A stretch of DNA of 64,000 nucleotides, from positions 33,937-97,936 of the forward strand of contig JBDRNJ010000021.1 in assembly GCA_043811375.1 (NCBI GenBank), written 5' to 3'. Below are positions 45,439 to 55,618 of this stretch, piece by piece. This DNA is from a bacterium. GTDB lineage: Bacteria; Zixibacteria; MSB-5A5; GN15; FEB-12. The notes below the pieces were generated by a model. That model was not told the origin of the DNA. It was given only the letters and a program-made list of their open reading frames with translations, and did no database searches. Within the stretch, counting starts at the first letter, position 1. The number at the start of each line of letters is the position of its first letter. Both the position numbers and the translations under genes were made by a program.

Positions 45439-46107
45439 TCAGCCTTCTGTCTTGGCTTGAGCTGCCTTTTTGAGCTTATCATTGGCGAAGATCGCTATTT
45501 CTACCCGGCGGTTGGCCTGCCGACCTTCCGCTGTTTCGTTGGATGCGATCGGTTGATCCTCACCGTAGCCCATGATGCGAAAACGGTTGGCCGGTACGTT
45601 CAGGCCGGCCATGTAGTTGGAGACCGACTGCGCACGGCGCATCGAGAGGTCGAGATTGTGGTCGTTTGATCCGGTAGCATCGGTGTGCCCCTCGACCAGA
45701 ACTTCGGTGTCTTCGTACTTGTTCAGAATCGTGGCCAGTTTGCCCAGGTTCGTTCTTGCCTGCGGTCTGAGAGATGACGAATTGACATCGAACAGAATCC
45801 CTGATTCAAAGGTAATCTTGATACCTTCTCCGATGCGTTCGACTCGTGCTCCCTCGAGGTCGCGTTCGATTTCTTCGGCCTGTTTATCCATATAATTGCC
45901 GATATAGGCACCGGCTGCGCCGCCAACAACGGCGCCGAGAATGGCGCCAACGGCAGTATTACCGGCTTTGTCACCGATGACCCCGCCTATTACCGCCCCG
46001 GCTCCAGCACCGATTATGGCGCCTTTGTCCCTTTTCTTCCAGGAACCACAGCCCCATAGCCCGATAATGAGTAGCCCTGACAATGCGATTACCAGATTCC
46101 TTTTCAT
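45439..46107 (-). CDS. OmpA-family lipoprotein with glycine zipper
   Basis: Lipobox LWGC, GAxxGA zipper, EGHTDATG, LSMRRAQSV, GYGEDQP, NRRVEI. Confidence 0.93.
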   Translation of the reverse strand: MKRNLVIALSGLLIIGLWGCGSWKKRDKGAIIGAGAGAVIGGVIGDKAGNTAVGAILGAVVGGAAGAYIGNYMDKQAEEIERDLEGARVERIGEGIKITFESGILFDVNSSSLRPQARTNLGKLATILNKYEDTEVLVEGHTDATGSNDHNLDLSMRRAQSVSNYMAGLNVPANRFRIMGYGEDQPIASNETAEGRQANRRVEIAIFANDKLKKAAQAKTEG

Positions 46108-46275
46108 CTCTGTACCCTCCTGGTGGGATGTGAGTCAATTGACAACTTGCTGCCTTATTGATTAAGCACAGCGGTCCTTCAAAGTCAAGAGAATCCTTTG
46201 TGCCGAAATACCACTTCAGAAGCTTGATATCAGTTTGCCGCCCATACGGCATCCCCATTGTCCGTGTTTTTTGTC

Positions 46276-46309
46276 AAAGAAAAGAGGCGGAACCTGATGG
46301 TTCCGCCTC
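46276..46309 (-). terminator. Rho-independent terminator after icd
   Basis: Stem GAGGCGGAACC/GGTTCCGCCTC followed on the minus strand by TTTTCTTT. Confidence 0.85.
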
Positions 46310-46340
46310 ATCAAATGCTACTATCCGAACAGACTATTGA

Positions 46341-47585
46341 CTACATGTTCTTAATGATCTGCGTGGCGTACTCAGAAGTGCCGACTTTTTTGGAGCCCTT
46401 CATCTGCCGGGCCAGATCATAAGTGACGGTCTTTTTGCCGATCGTTTTCTCGATCGATTTTGCGATCAGCTCACCGGCCTTGCCCCAGCCCAGGTACTCG
46501 AGCATCATCACGGCCGACAGGATCAACGATCCGGGATTGACCATGTCCTTGTCGGCGTACTTGGGAGCGGTGCCGTGAGTAGCCTCGAAGAGACCGATGT
46601 AATCTCCGATATTGGCGCCGGGCGCCATCCCCAGCCCGCCGACCTGCGCGGCGCAGGCGTCGGAGAGGTAGTCGCCGTTTAGATTGGGGGTGGCGAGGAC
46701 ATCGTACTCGTCCGAGCGCGTCAGTATCTGCTGGAACATCGAATCGGCGATACGGTCCTTGATTACGATCTTGTTCTTGGGCTGCTTGCCATTGTACTTC
46801 GACCAGAGTTCGTCCTCGGTAATGACTTTGCCCGGGAACTCCGTCCTGGCCAGCTTGTAACCCCAGTCACGAAAGGCGCCTTCGGTGTATTTCATGATGT
46901 TGCCTTTATGGACCAGCGTCACCGAGGGGAGATTCTTGTCGATAGCATGGTTGATGGCCTTGCGCACCAGGCGATTGGTTCCGGTTACCGAGATCGGTTT
47001 GATGCCGATACCGGAGTCGGCGCGGATGGTGGTCTTCATGTTCTTGTTGAGCCAGTTGATGACCTTTTTCACGTTGGCAGTGCCTTTGCGCCACTCGATA
47101 CCGGCGTAGACATCCTCGGTGTTCTCACGGTAAATGATTACGTCGAGTTTCTCCGGGTGGGTGACCGGTGAACCGACACCCTTGAAATAACGCACCGGCC
47201 GCACGCAGGCATAGAGATTCAGCACCTGCCGTAGCGTTACGTTCAGGGATCGGAAGCCGCCGCCGATTGGCGTTGTTAAGGGACCTTTGAGAGCCACCAC
47301 GTATTTCTTGATGGCATCAAACGTTTCCTGGGGAAGCCATTCGTTATAGAGCTCGTTGGCTCTTTCTCCGGCGTAGATATCCATCCAGGCAATCCGTTTC
47401 TTTCCCTTGTACGCCTTCTTAACGGCCGCGTCGACCACCCGGCGGGTGGCTTTCATAATGTCGCGTCCGATACCGTCCCCTTCAATGACCGGGATGATCG
47501 GGTTGTCGGGAATCGAGAGCTTCTTGTTCTTGACCGTTATACGGGTGCCGTCTTTGGGGACAACGATATGTTTGTATTTCGCCAT
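46341..47585 (-). CDS. icd: Isocitrate dehydrogenase (homodimeric, NADP type)
   Basis: [58 protein letters not shown]. Confidence 0.97.
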   Translation of the reverse strand: MAKYKHIVVPKDGTRITVKNKKLSIPDNPIIPVIEGDGIGRDIMKATRRVVDAAVKKAYKGKKRIAWMDIYAGERANELYNEWLPQETFDAIKKYVVALKGPLTTPIGGGFRSLNVTLRQVLNLYACVRPVRYFKGVGSPVTHPEKLDVIIYRENTEDVYAGIEWRKGTANVKKVINWLNKNMKTTIRADSGIGIKPISVTGTNRLVRKAINHAIDKNLPSVTLVHKGNIMKYTEGAFRDWGYKLARTEFPGKVITEDELWSKYNGKQPKNKIVIKDRIADSMFQQILTRSDEYDVLATPNLNGDYLSDACAAQVGGLGMAPGANIGDYIGLFEATHGTAPKYADKDMVNPGSLILSAVMMLEYLGWGKAGELIAKSIEKTIGKKTVTYDLARQMKGSKKVGTSEYATQIIKNM

Positions 47586-47595
47586 AACAGTTTCC

Positions 47596-48522
47596 TCAGT
47601 AGCCGAGAATCTTAAGGTGTTCTTTGTACGTCTTGGCTGAGGACTGCAGGGCTGACAGCTCCGATTTGGACAGTTTCAACTCCAGAATCCGCTCCACACC
47701 CTTAGCACCCAGCACCACCGGCACACCGATGTAGATGTCCTTGATGCCGTACTGACCGGTCAGGTAAGCCGAGGCCGCCAGCACTTTCTTTTCATCGTTG
47801 AACACCGAGCGGCACATGTCAACCGAGGCTGCGGCCGGGGCGTAGTAGGCTGAGCCGGTTTTCAGCAGCTTGACGATTTCGCCGCCACCCGCCCGGGTGC
47901 GGTCGGCGATAGCATTGATGCGATCCTTGGGAATCAATTCCGAAATGGGCACTCCGCCAACCGTCGTGTAACGCGGCAGCGGTACCATGGTATCGCCGTG
48001 GCCACCCAGCACCATCGCCTGGATATCGGTCATGGCGACGTCGATTTCCATGGAGATGAAAGCCCGGAAACGTGTTGAATCCAGCACTCCGGCCTGTCCG
48101 AAGACCCGTTCTTTCGGGAACCCGGTGGACTTCTGCATGTGGTAGGTCATCAGGTCGAGCGGATTCGACACCATGATGATGAAGCTCTTGGGGGCGTACT
48201 TCTTGATGTTCTTGCCCACCGAAGCAATGATGTCGGCATTCTTGTTCAGCAGGTCTTCACGTGACATGCCCGGCTTGCGAGGCAGACCGGCCGTCATAAT
48301 GACGATATCGGCACCCTTGATGTCACTGAACTTGTTGGTGCCGGTGACCCTGGCATTGTAACCGCGGACCGGACCGGCCTGGGTCAGATCGAGTCCTTTA
48401 CCTTGCGGCACACCATCAATAATGTCCACCATGACGACGTCAGCGAAATTCGCTTCGGCCAGGTACATGGCGCAGGTGGCTCCCACGTTTCCGGCGCCGA
48501 CAACGGCAATCTTCTTGTTCAT
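47596..48522 (-). CDS. mdh: Malate dehydrogenase (LDH-like)
   Basis: [41 protein letters not shown]. Confidence 0.96.
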   Translation of the reverse strand: MNKKIAVVGAGNVGATCAMYLAEANFADVVMVDIIDGVPQGKGLDLTQAGPVRGYNARVTGTNKFSDIKGADIVIMTAGLPRKPGMSREDLLNKNADIIASVGKNIKKYAPKSFIIMVSNPLDLMTYHMQKSTGFPKERVFGQAGVLDSTRFRAFISMEIDVAMTDIQAMVLGGHGDTMVPLPRYTTVGGVPISELIPKDRINAIADRTRAGGGEIVKLLKTGSAYYAPAAASVDMCRSVFNDEKKVLAASAYLTGQYGIKDIYIGVPVVLGAKGVERILELKLSKSELSALQSSAKTYKEHLKILGY

Positions 48523-48551
48523 CTCTCCTCCAATTCAGTCGAGCTACAGGT

Positions 48552-49784
48552 TCAGTCTTTGCCGGCTCTTAACACGGTATTGGCGGCGTCGTAAACGACC
48601 GCCAGCCGGCAAGGCTGACAATTTTTAACTGCTGAGTATAAAAAAATCTCCGGATTGTCAAGCGGTTCATAGAATACATGGCGAACTACTTCGTCCGGCA
48701 GTGTGGAATACAGCCAAACGCCGAGCCGCCGACTGTGAGCAATCACTCGTGACAGCTTGTGTGAGCCGAACTGCGGTCGGCCGTCGTGTGGCTGATTGGT
48801 CTGGCGGTCCCAGTCGGTGGCCAGTTGGTAGAAATGTTCCGATCCGATTCCCTCGCGGCAGGCTGATACGATAATGATGTGGCCGCCGTCTCGGACTGCT
48901 GCCTGGCAGTTTTCCAGCGCTTTCTGGGTTTGGTAGAGGTTTTTGTCCATTGGCGGCAGGACTTCACAAATGGCAGCGTGGTAGTGCTGTTTCACCGGGA
49001 ACGAATAGGTTTTTTCCGCTACGACTGTTGCCTGTTGGAAGGCACTGTCCAGAGGGCCGAAGAACAGGTCAACTATCCGCCCCAGCGAGTCGGTGATGAC
49101 CTGGATGGCGAAAAATCGCTTTAGATTCAGCAGACCCAGCAGGGAATCCAAATGCTCCGCCACCGGATTACCGGCCAGTTTCAGCGGCGCCGCCTGAAGC
49201 GAGTTGGCCAGGTTGTGATTGCGCGCCACGGTTTCAAAATCAGCCAGACCGGGAAAGATCGACTTTCGGCCACCGGTGAATCCGGCAAAATAGTGCGGCT
49301 CCACCGAACCGATAATCAGCACCCGGGGGTGTTCCGTCAGGGCGGTGTTTACCATAACCTCACAGTCGAAATTGTCGCGGCCTATAGCTGTCAGGTGGGA
49401 CTTGTCGATGGCATCATGGTACGAAATATGCCCTTCCAACTGTTTCAGAAGGGGACCGAATATCTTGCGCAGATGTATTTGACTGGGCGGGTCGTGAGTG
49501 CCGGTTGCAACCAAGAAAGTGGCTGACTCAATCAAGTCCGGATACTGCTGGTGCAGCCATTGCAGGATAGTGGCGGTGGGCGTGTTGCGGTGGCCGTCGT
49601 TGACCACTATCAATGGCGGTCCCTGTGAAAGGAAGGTATCCCCGCCGGCCCGTGCAAAACCGTCGGAAAAATCGTCAATGTCGGGGGGATTCGATACGAC
49701 CGCAGGACGGAAGGTGTCGACCTGAACATTCAGCGGGAGATCCAGCGTCAGTTGACCACTGTCATAAGCCAGTTCGATTTTCAT
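48552..49784 (-). CDS. LarA-family nickel-pincer-nucleotide dependent 2-hydroxyacid racemase/epimerase
   Basis: NDGHRNTP, ATGTH, EPHYFAGFTGGRKSIFPG, RNH, NLYQTQKA. Confidence 0.85.
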   Translation of the reverse strand: MKIELAYDSGQLTLDLPLNVQVDTFRPAVVSNPPDIDDFSDGFARAGGDTFLSQGPPLIVVNDGHRNTPTATILQWLHQQYPDLIESATFLVATGTHDPPSQIHLRKIFGPLLKQLEGHISYHDAIDKSHLTAIGRDNFDCEVMVNTALTEHPRVLIIGSVEPHYFAGFTGGRKSIFPGLADFETVARNHNLANSLQAAPLKLAGNPVAEHLDSLLGLLNLKRFFAIQVITDSLGRIVDLFFGPLDSAFQQATVVAEKTYSFPVKQHYHAAICEVLPPMDKNLYQTQKALENCQAAVRDGGHIIIVSACREGIGSEHFYQLATDWDRQTNQPHDGRPQFGSHKLSRVIAHSRRLGVWLYSTLPDEVVRHVFYEPLDNPEIFLYSAVKNCQPCRLAVVYDAANTVLRAGKD

Positions 49785-49828
49785 GGGCGCCGGTCAAATC
49801 CTATGTTGCGCGCAACAGATGTTCTCTG

Positions 49829-49979
49829 GTGCAAGTCAGTCATGGTGAGCGGAGTCGAACCATGACAACAGTATTAACTTCAATCTTGCGTACATTGCGC
49901 GAAGCTAAATGTGGCGACGACACTCACCCTTCGACTCCGCTCAGGGTGACAAATACCAACACATAGTGACAACTTGCAC
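49829..49979. repeat. Inverted pair of TGAGCGGAGTCGAA-loop REP-like hairpins (MITE/REPIN-like)
   Basis: GTCATGG-TGAGCGGAGTCGAA-CCATGAC (49839-49866) and reverse copy TCACCC-TTCGACTCCGCTCA-GGGTGAC (49924-49950); outer inverted GTGCAAGT/ACTTGCAC. Confidence 0.75.
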
Positions 49980-50018
49980 TCAAGGTGATAACGACCAGGC
50001 TGATCTGCGCTCGTTTCC

Positions 50019-50420
50019 TTAGAAGAAGAAGGCTATTTCTTTGGCGGCGTTTTCATCCGAATCGGAGGCATGGACCGAGTTTTTCTCCACATTCTGCCCG
50101 ATCTCGTAGCGAATGGTGCCGCAGGCGGCTTCGGCCGGGTTGGTGGCGCCGATAAGAGTCCGCAGAGCCTGAACGGCGTTGTCTTTTTCCAGCACCATCG
50201 GTATCGCCGGCCCCGAACTCATGTAGGCCACCAGCGGTTCATAAAACGGCCGCTCCCGGTGTACCGCGTAAAACTCTCGAGCCTCAGTTTCGCTCAGTCG
50301 CACCAGGCGCATTTCTACGATCCGAAACCCGGAGTTCTCCAGGCGGAGAATGACATGGCCGACCAGGTTACGCTCGACGGCGTCGGGTTTTATGATTAAA
50401 AGCGTCCGGCTCATCTTCAC
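50019..50420 (-). CDS. ndk: Nucleoside diphosphate kinase
   Basis: TLLIIKPDAV, FYAVHRERPFY, GATNP, GTIR, NSVHASDS. Confidence 0.97.
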   Translation of the reverse strand: MKMSRTLLIIKPDAVERNLVGHVILRLENSGFRIVEMRLVRLSETEAREFYAVHRERPFYEPLVAYMSSGPAIPMVLEKDNAVQALRTLIGATNPAEAACGTIRYEIGQNVEKNSVHASDSDENAAKEIAFFF

Positions 50421-50439
50421 TCCTGTGTGGCAGAGATGT

Positions 50440-51015
50440 TTATTTCTTAATCTTCAACGCTTCCCGGAAACCGATTTCCACCGCCTTCTTGTTCTTTTCT
50501 TCCGTGCCGCGCGGCGCCCGGGCGAGGACGGCCTTGATCAAATCTTCCCTGGTGACGATATCGGTCAGGGCGGCAATAGCTCCCAGCGCGATGACGTTGG
50601 CCACCATCACGTGCCCGGCCTCTTCCCGGGCCAGTTGTGTGAACGGCAGACCATAATAGTCTTCGGTCGGAACTTCCGTCACCAGGGTATTATCTATGAT
50701 AAGTATCCCGCCCGGTTTGAGATTAGCATAGTACTTGTCCATTGACTCCTGTGTCATGGCCAGCAACAAATCAAGGGTCAGTGCCTTAGGGTAATAGATT
50801 TCGTTGGTGGAGATGACCACGTCGGACTTGGAGGCTCCGCCCCGAGCTTCCGGGCCATAGGACTGCGTCTGGATCACACTCTTGGTGGGATCGGCGCCTA
50901 TGGCCTCGGCCAGAATAACTGTTCCCAGGATCATTCCCTGACCACCGGAGCCGGAGAGGCGCAACTCATAACGGTCGTGGGGGATTTCAATATCACGAAG
51001 TGACTTGTGTGCCAT
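50440..51015 (-). CDS. korC: 2-oxoacid:ferredoxin oxidoreductase gamma subunit
   Basis: SGSGGQG, QSYGPEARGGASKS, ANVIALG. Confidence 0.9.
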   Translation of the reverse strand: MAHKSLRDIEIPHDRYELRLSGSGGQGMILGTVILAEAIGADPTKSVIQTQSYGPEARGGASKSDVVISTNEIYYPKALTLDLLLAMTQESMDKYYANLKPGGILIIDNTLVTEVPTEDYYGLPFTQLAREEAGHVMVANVIALGAIAALTDIVTREDLIKAVLARAPRGTEEKNKKAVEIGFREALKIKK

Positions 51016-51017
51016 GG

Positions 51018-51890
51018 TTACTTCTCTCCCTGGTGAGCGTCGACAATTTTCTGGTATTCGTCACAGAATTCGGTCTTGTCTTCGCGGTGCAACACACCAA
51101 TGATATATTTGTCCTCGAGCTCTTCCGGGGACATTTTCTTGGCCATGCCCGCCATGACGCCCTTTTCCTTAAACATCCGGATCATCGACATGGCGTGACC
51201 CAGGCGGTTAAGACGGCCGAAATAGGTATGGCAGTTGGAAATGACTTCTACCAGGGAAAAACCACGATGTTCGATGGCGGCCTGGATGTTCTTGTCCATC
51301 TGCGGTGTGTGGTAGACCGTCGTCCGGGCGACAAAAGAAGCACCCGCCGCTTTGGCCAGATCGCAGGGGTCGAAGTGTTTCTCGACATTGCCGTACGGCG
51401 TGGTTGTGGAGTAGGCGTTGTATGGCGTCGTGGGGGAGCCCTGACCACCGGTCATGCCGTAGATGTAGTTATTGATCAGGATAGTGGTGATGTCGATGTT
51501 GCGGCGGCAGGCGTGGATGAGGTGGTTGCCTCCGATGGACAGAGCGTCACCGTCCCCGGATATGACGATCACTTTCATATCGGGTCGGGCGAACTTGACG
51601 CCGGTGGCAAATCCCAGTGCCCGGCCATGGGTAGTGTGCAGAGCGCTGAAATCCAGGTAAACCGGCATCCGGCTGGTGCAGCCGATACCCGACACCAGGA
51701 CCACGTTGTCGCGGGACAGCCCCAGTTTATCTATGGAGCGAATCAGTGAACCCATGACGATACCGTTGCCGCAGCCGGCGCACCAGACGTTGGGGAGTTT
51801 CTTCTTTGGCCGCAGGTACTTCAGAATGACATCGGATTTCTGCTTGGGGCTGGTTGGCTTGGCGCCCGTTTGTTTGGCGGCAGTCGTCAT
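51018..51890 (-). CDS. korB: 2-oxoacid:ferredoxin oxidoreductase beta subunit
   Basis: WCAGCG, SGIGC, HTTHGRA, TPP motif GDGD...NN.IYGMTGGQ. Confidence 0.93.
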   Translation of the reverse strand: MTTAAKQTGAKPTSPKQKSDVILKYLRPKKKLPNVWCAGCGNGIVMGSLIRSIDKLGLSRDNVVLVSGIGCTSRMPVYLDFSALHTTHGRALGFATGVKFARPDMKVIVISGDGDALSIGGNHLIHACRRNIDITTILINNYIYGMTGGQGSPTTPYNAYSTTTPYGNVEKHFDPCDLAKAAGASFVARTTVYHTPQMDKNIQAAIEHRGFSLVEVISNCHTYFGRLNRLGHAMSMIRMFKEKGVMAGMAKKMSPEELEDKYIIGVLHREDKTEFCDEYQKIVDAHQGEK

Positions 51891-53026
51891 GATATCACCT
51901 CCTCGAGCTTATCCAACAGTTGCATCGGTGTCAGAATCTCACCATCGTATCTCTGGAGGCTGTGTACCGTGGTCTCCGGAGATGTTACTCGTTCCACTTC
52001 ACCGATAATCTGACCCATGTTAAGTTCCGCGACAATGACGTGCGAGCAGTTTTGCAGCAATTTACGAAGAGGTTCCAACGGGAAGGGCCAGATGGTGTAC
52101 AGTTGCACCGAGCCGACCTTGACTCCGGCCTGACGGGCCAGGGTTATCGCCAGTAAAGCCGCCCGTGACACGGACCCATAAGAGACAAAGGCGATCTCAG
52201 CATCGTCCATCTGCTCCAGGCGCAGTTTGAAAATCTCGTCTTTGTAGTTGTCGATTTTGTCGTGGAGTTTGTCAAGCTTGATCACGGTCTCATCCGAGCG
52301 GTTGGTGGGGAATCCCTGGGCGTCGTGAGTGAGCCCGGTCACATATCCCCGGAAACCTTCGCCAAAGGCCGGCATCGGATTCACGCAGCGTTCGGTCGGT
52401 TCGTAGGGAATATAATTCTCCGGAGCACAGGTCGGTTTTTCCCGTTCGATTATCTCATACTCGCCCGGTTCGGGCAGGGGGATCATCTCCCGCATATGGG
52501 AGATGGCTTCGTCCAGGAGAACCGTGACCGGTGTGCGGAATCTTTCCGCCAGGTTGAAAGCTCGAATTGTCTCGGTGACGGTGTCGGCTACCGTCGATGG
52601 GGCCACCGCGATGGCAGTGTAGTCACCATGCGGTCCCCAGCGAGCCTGCATAGTGTCCGCCTGGCTGACCTTGGTCGGCAGCCCGGTAGACGGTCCTCCC
52701 CGCTGGACATTGACGATGACGCAGGGGGCTTCGATCATGTAGGCGTACCCGATATTCTCTACCATAAGAGAATACCCGGGACCCGACGTGGCCGTCATTG
52801 CTTTCGCCCCGGCCACGGAAGCTCCGATGACCGCGGCGATGGAGCCAATCTCATCTTCCATCTGAATAAACCGGCCGCCGATTTTGGGTAGTTCCCGAGC
52901 ACATCCTTCAGCGACTTCCGTCGAAGGTGTGATCGGATAACCGGCATAGAATCTCATCCCGGCGTAGATGGCTCCCTGAACGCAGGCCAGGTTTCCCAGC
53001 AGCAATTGTCTTTCGGTTTGAGCCAT
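51887..53026 (-). CDS. korA: 2-oxoacid:ferredoxin oxidoreductase alpha subunit
   Basis: GYPITPSTE, QMEDE, TATSGPG, QRGGPSTGLPT. Start set at ATG 53026 after an AAGGAAGG RBS. Confidence 0.93.
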   Translation of the reverse strand: MAQTERQLLLGNLACVQGAIYAGMRFYAGYPITPSTEVAEGCARELPKIGGRFIQMEDEIGSIAAVIGASVAGAKAMTATSGPGYSLMVENIGYAYMIEAPCVIVNVQRGGPSTGLPTKVSQADTMQARWGPHGDYTAIAVAPSTVADTVTETIRAFNLAERFRTPVTVLLDEAISHMREMIPLPEPGEYEIIEREKPTCAPENYIPYEPTERCVNPMPAFGEGFRGYVTGLTHDAQGFPTNRSDETVIKLDKLHDKIDNYKDEIFKLRLEQMDDAEIAFVSYGSVSRAALLAITLARQAGVKVGSVQLYTIWPFPLEPLRKLLQNCSHVIVAELNMGQIIGEVERVTSPETTVHSLQRYDGEILTPMQLLDKLEEVIS

Positions 53027-53058
53027 ATTTCCTTCCTTTAGAACATGCCCGGCATGTC

Positions 53059-53322
53059 CTACTTGTAATTCGATATTATGGCGAAATCGGGACAGTGTAC
53101 CCAGCATATGGTGCACTGGGTACAATCATCCGGACGAGCCAAAATTGGTTTACCGCTCCGGTCCGGCTCGAACACCTGCTTGGGACACAGCGCAATGCAG
53201 ATGTTACAAGCCTTGCACCAGGCGAGATTCACCTCCAGAGGGGGTGGCCCTTTGGAGTAATCGTACTTATTTTTGGCGGCGGGCTTTTTGTCTGAAGCTC
53301 CGACCGTATCTGTTTCTGTCAT
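53059..53322 (-). CDS. korD: 2x[4Fe-4S] ferredoxin-like delta subunit
   Basis: CKACNICIALCP and CTQCTICWVHCPDFAI. Confidence 0.9.
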   Translation of the reverse strand: MTETDTVGASDKKPAAKNKYDYSKGPPPLEVNLAWCKACNICIALCPKQVFEPDRSGKPILARPDDCTQCTICWVHCPDFAIISNYK

Positions 53323-53377
53323 AGCACATCCTCAACTAATCAAGTTGTCAGTCTCAACAAGCAGAGTATCGTCTCTG

Positions 53378-54412
53378 TTATCTCTTTTTCTTGCCGGTCG
53401 TCTTTTTAACGGCCGGTTTTTTCTTCGTAGTCGCCCCGGTAGTTGTCTTCCTGGTTTTGGGTTTGGTGGCCGAGCGAGCAGTCTTTGTGATTTTTCGACT
53501 GCCGGTCGTCTTCTTCGAGACCGTCTTCCCGGTGGTTTTCTTTTTTGCCAGAAGATCTTTAACCAGTTGGGGAATCTCGGTAGGGGAACCGGCTACGGGC
53601 ACGCCCACTTTGTTCAGAGCGGTTATCTTGTCCGCGGCAGTACCGGAACCGCCGGAAATGATAGCCCCGGCGTGTCCCATCCGTTTGCCCGGAGGAGCCG
53701 TCTGACCGGCGATAAAAGCCACTACCGGTTTGGTCAGGTGCTTCTTGATATATTTCGCCGCAACCTCCTCGTCGTTGCCGCCGATTTCACCAATCATTAC
53801 CACCGCCCTGGTGGATCGGTCACTTTCGAATGCTTCCAGGCAATCGATGAAATTGGTGCCGATGACCTGATCACCGCCGATGCCGATGCAGGTCGTCTGT
53901 CCCAGACCGGCCAGAGTCAGGGCCCAGATAGCTTCATAGGTCAGTGTTCCCGAGCGGGAAACGACTCCGACGACGCCCTTCTTGACGATCGGTCCGGGCA
54001 TGATGCCCACTTTGGATTGATCCGGCGAAATCAGGCCGGGGCAGTTGGGACCGATCAGGCGTGCGCCCCGCGCTTTCACGTACGGATATACTTTCATCAT
54101 GTCATTGGCCGGGACACCCTCGGTGATACATACCACCAGTTTGATCCCGGCATCGACCGCCTCGTAGATGGCGTCTACTGCAAACGGCGGCGGAACGTAG
54201 ATTACCGAAGTATTGGCGCCGGTCTTGTCTACGGCTTCTTCCATCGTATTAAACACCGGAACACCGGCGACTTTGGTGCCGCCTTTCCCCGGAGTGACGC
54301 CACCGACCACCCGGGTGCCATACTCCTTCATCTGTTGAGTATGAAACGAGCCGTCACGGCCGGTGATACCCTGAACCAGGACCCTGGTCTTCTTGTTTAT
54401 AAATATCGACAT
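53378..54412 (-). CDS. sucD: Succinyl-CoA synthetase alpha subunit with Lys/Thr-rich C-terminal extension
   Basis: [38 protein letters not shown]. Confidence 0.96.
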   Translation of the reverse strand: MSIFINKKTRVLVQGITGRDGSFHTQQMKEYGTRVVGGVTPGKGGTKVAGVPVFNTMEEAVDKTGANTSVIYVPPPFAVDAIYEAVDAGIKLVVCITEGVPANDMMKVYPYVKARGARLIGPNCPGLISPDQSKVGIMPGPIVKKGVVGVVSRSGTLTYEAIWALTLAGLGQTTCIGIGGDQVIGTNFIDCLEAFESDRSTRAVVMIGEIGGNDEEVAAKYIKKHLTKPVVAFIAGQTAPPGKRMGHAGAIISGGSGTAADKITALNKVGVPVAGSPTEIPQLVKDLLAKKKTTGKTVSKKTTGSRKITKTARSATKPKTRKTTTGATTKKKPAVKKTTGKKKR

Positions 54413-54438
54413 TGCTTATTTTTCCTTGTTCTCAACCG

Positions 54439-55575
54439 TTACTGTTGTCCGGCCATTTCTATAGCTTTTTTGACGGCATTGTCAAGCGTATCGGCAAACG
54501 GCAGCCGGATAGATTTAAGGATATTGACAGCCGCCTCCTCGTTGGTCCCCGTTAACCGGACCACCACCGGCACCGATGGTTTGAACTGCCGGAAAGCTTC
54601 GACTATGCCGTTGGCCACGTCATCACAGCGAGTGATGCCGCCGAAGATATTGATCAGGATGGAATCTACGTTCTGATCGGAAAGAATGATATTAAGAGCC
54701 GTGACCACCTTCTGCGGACTGGAAGAACCGCCGATATCGAGGAAGTTGGCCGGTTCGCCACCGTAGCGTTTGACCAGGTCCATGGTGGCCATGGCCAGGC
54801 CGGCACCATTGACGATACAGCCGATGTTGCCGTCCAGCTTGACGTAGGACAGATCGGCATCGCGGGCCAGCACTTCGGCCGGTTCTTCCGCGTCCAGGTC
54901 GCGCATGGCGGCCACGTCCCGTTGCCGGAAGAGTCCGTTGTCATCGATATTGATCTTGGCGTCAAGGGCGATTACTTTGCCCGATGGGTTGGTTATCAGC
55001 GGGTTGATTTCGACCAGGGATGCGTCGATTTTCCAGAAGACGTCATACAGTTTCAGGATTATGTCGGTCGCCTGGCGGACCAGCGCGATTTCCCGGTACA
55101 GTTTGTAGGCCAGGTTGCGGGCCTGGTAGCTTTTTAGTCCCTCCACCGGGTCGACGTGAAGCTTGAATATCTTTTCGGGTGTTTTGGCGGCAACTTCTTC
55201 GATATCAACGCCGCCGGCCGGCGAAACCATTATGACCGGCTGTTTGGTGGCCCGATCGAGGATAATTCCCACATACGATTCGGAGATGATATCCTCAGCA
55301 GCCGTGACCAGAACTTTTTTAACTTCCAGCCCTTTAATATCCATCCCCAGGATGCTTTGGGCCAGGACTTTGGCCGCCTCAGCGTTTTCGGCATACTTGA
55401 TGCCGCCGGCTTTGCCCCGGCCACCGACATGCACCTGGGCTTTGACCATAACCGGCTCACCGATTTTCTCCGCGATGGTCGCTACCTCGGACGGTGTTGT
55501 GGCCATCTCGCCGGGCGGTACCGAAATGCCGCCTTCAGCGAAAAGCAGTTTGGCCTGATACTCGTGGATTTTCAT
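54439..55575 (-). CDS. sucC: Succinyl-CoA synthetase beta subunit
   Basis: MKIHEYQAK, KAQVHVGGRGKAGG, EINPL, NGAGLAMATMD, NIFGGITRCD. Confidence 0.97.
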   Translation of the reverse strand: MKIHEYQAKLLFAEGGISVPPGEMATTPSEVATIAEKIGEPVMVKAQVHVGGRGKAGGIKYAENAEAAKVLAQSILGMDIKGLEVKKVLVTAAEDIISESYVGIILDRATKQPVIMVSPAGGVDIEEVAAKTPEKIFKLHVDPVEGLKSYQARNLAYKLYREIALVRQATDIILKLYDVFWKIDASLVEINPLITNPSGKVIALDAKINIDDNGLFRQRDVAAMRDLDAEEPAEVLARDADLSYVKLDGNIGCIVNGAGLAMATMDLVKRYGGEPANFLDIGGSSSPQKVVTALNIILSDQNVDSILINIFGGITRCDDVANGIVEAFRQFKPSVPVVVRLTGTNEEAAVNILKSIRLPFADTLDNAVKKAIEMAGQQ

Positions 55576-55618
55576 TGCCGTTTTTCCTTGTCACCAACGT
55601 TGTTGGTTCTGACGTTGT

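Noticed and set aside
53273..54676. 467-aa + strand ORF
   Set aside because: Antisense to the conserved sucD/sucC genes; no family motifs.
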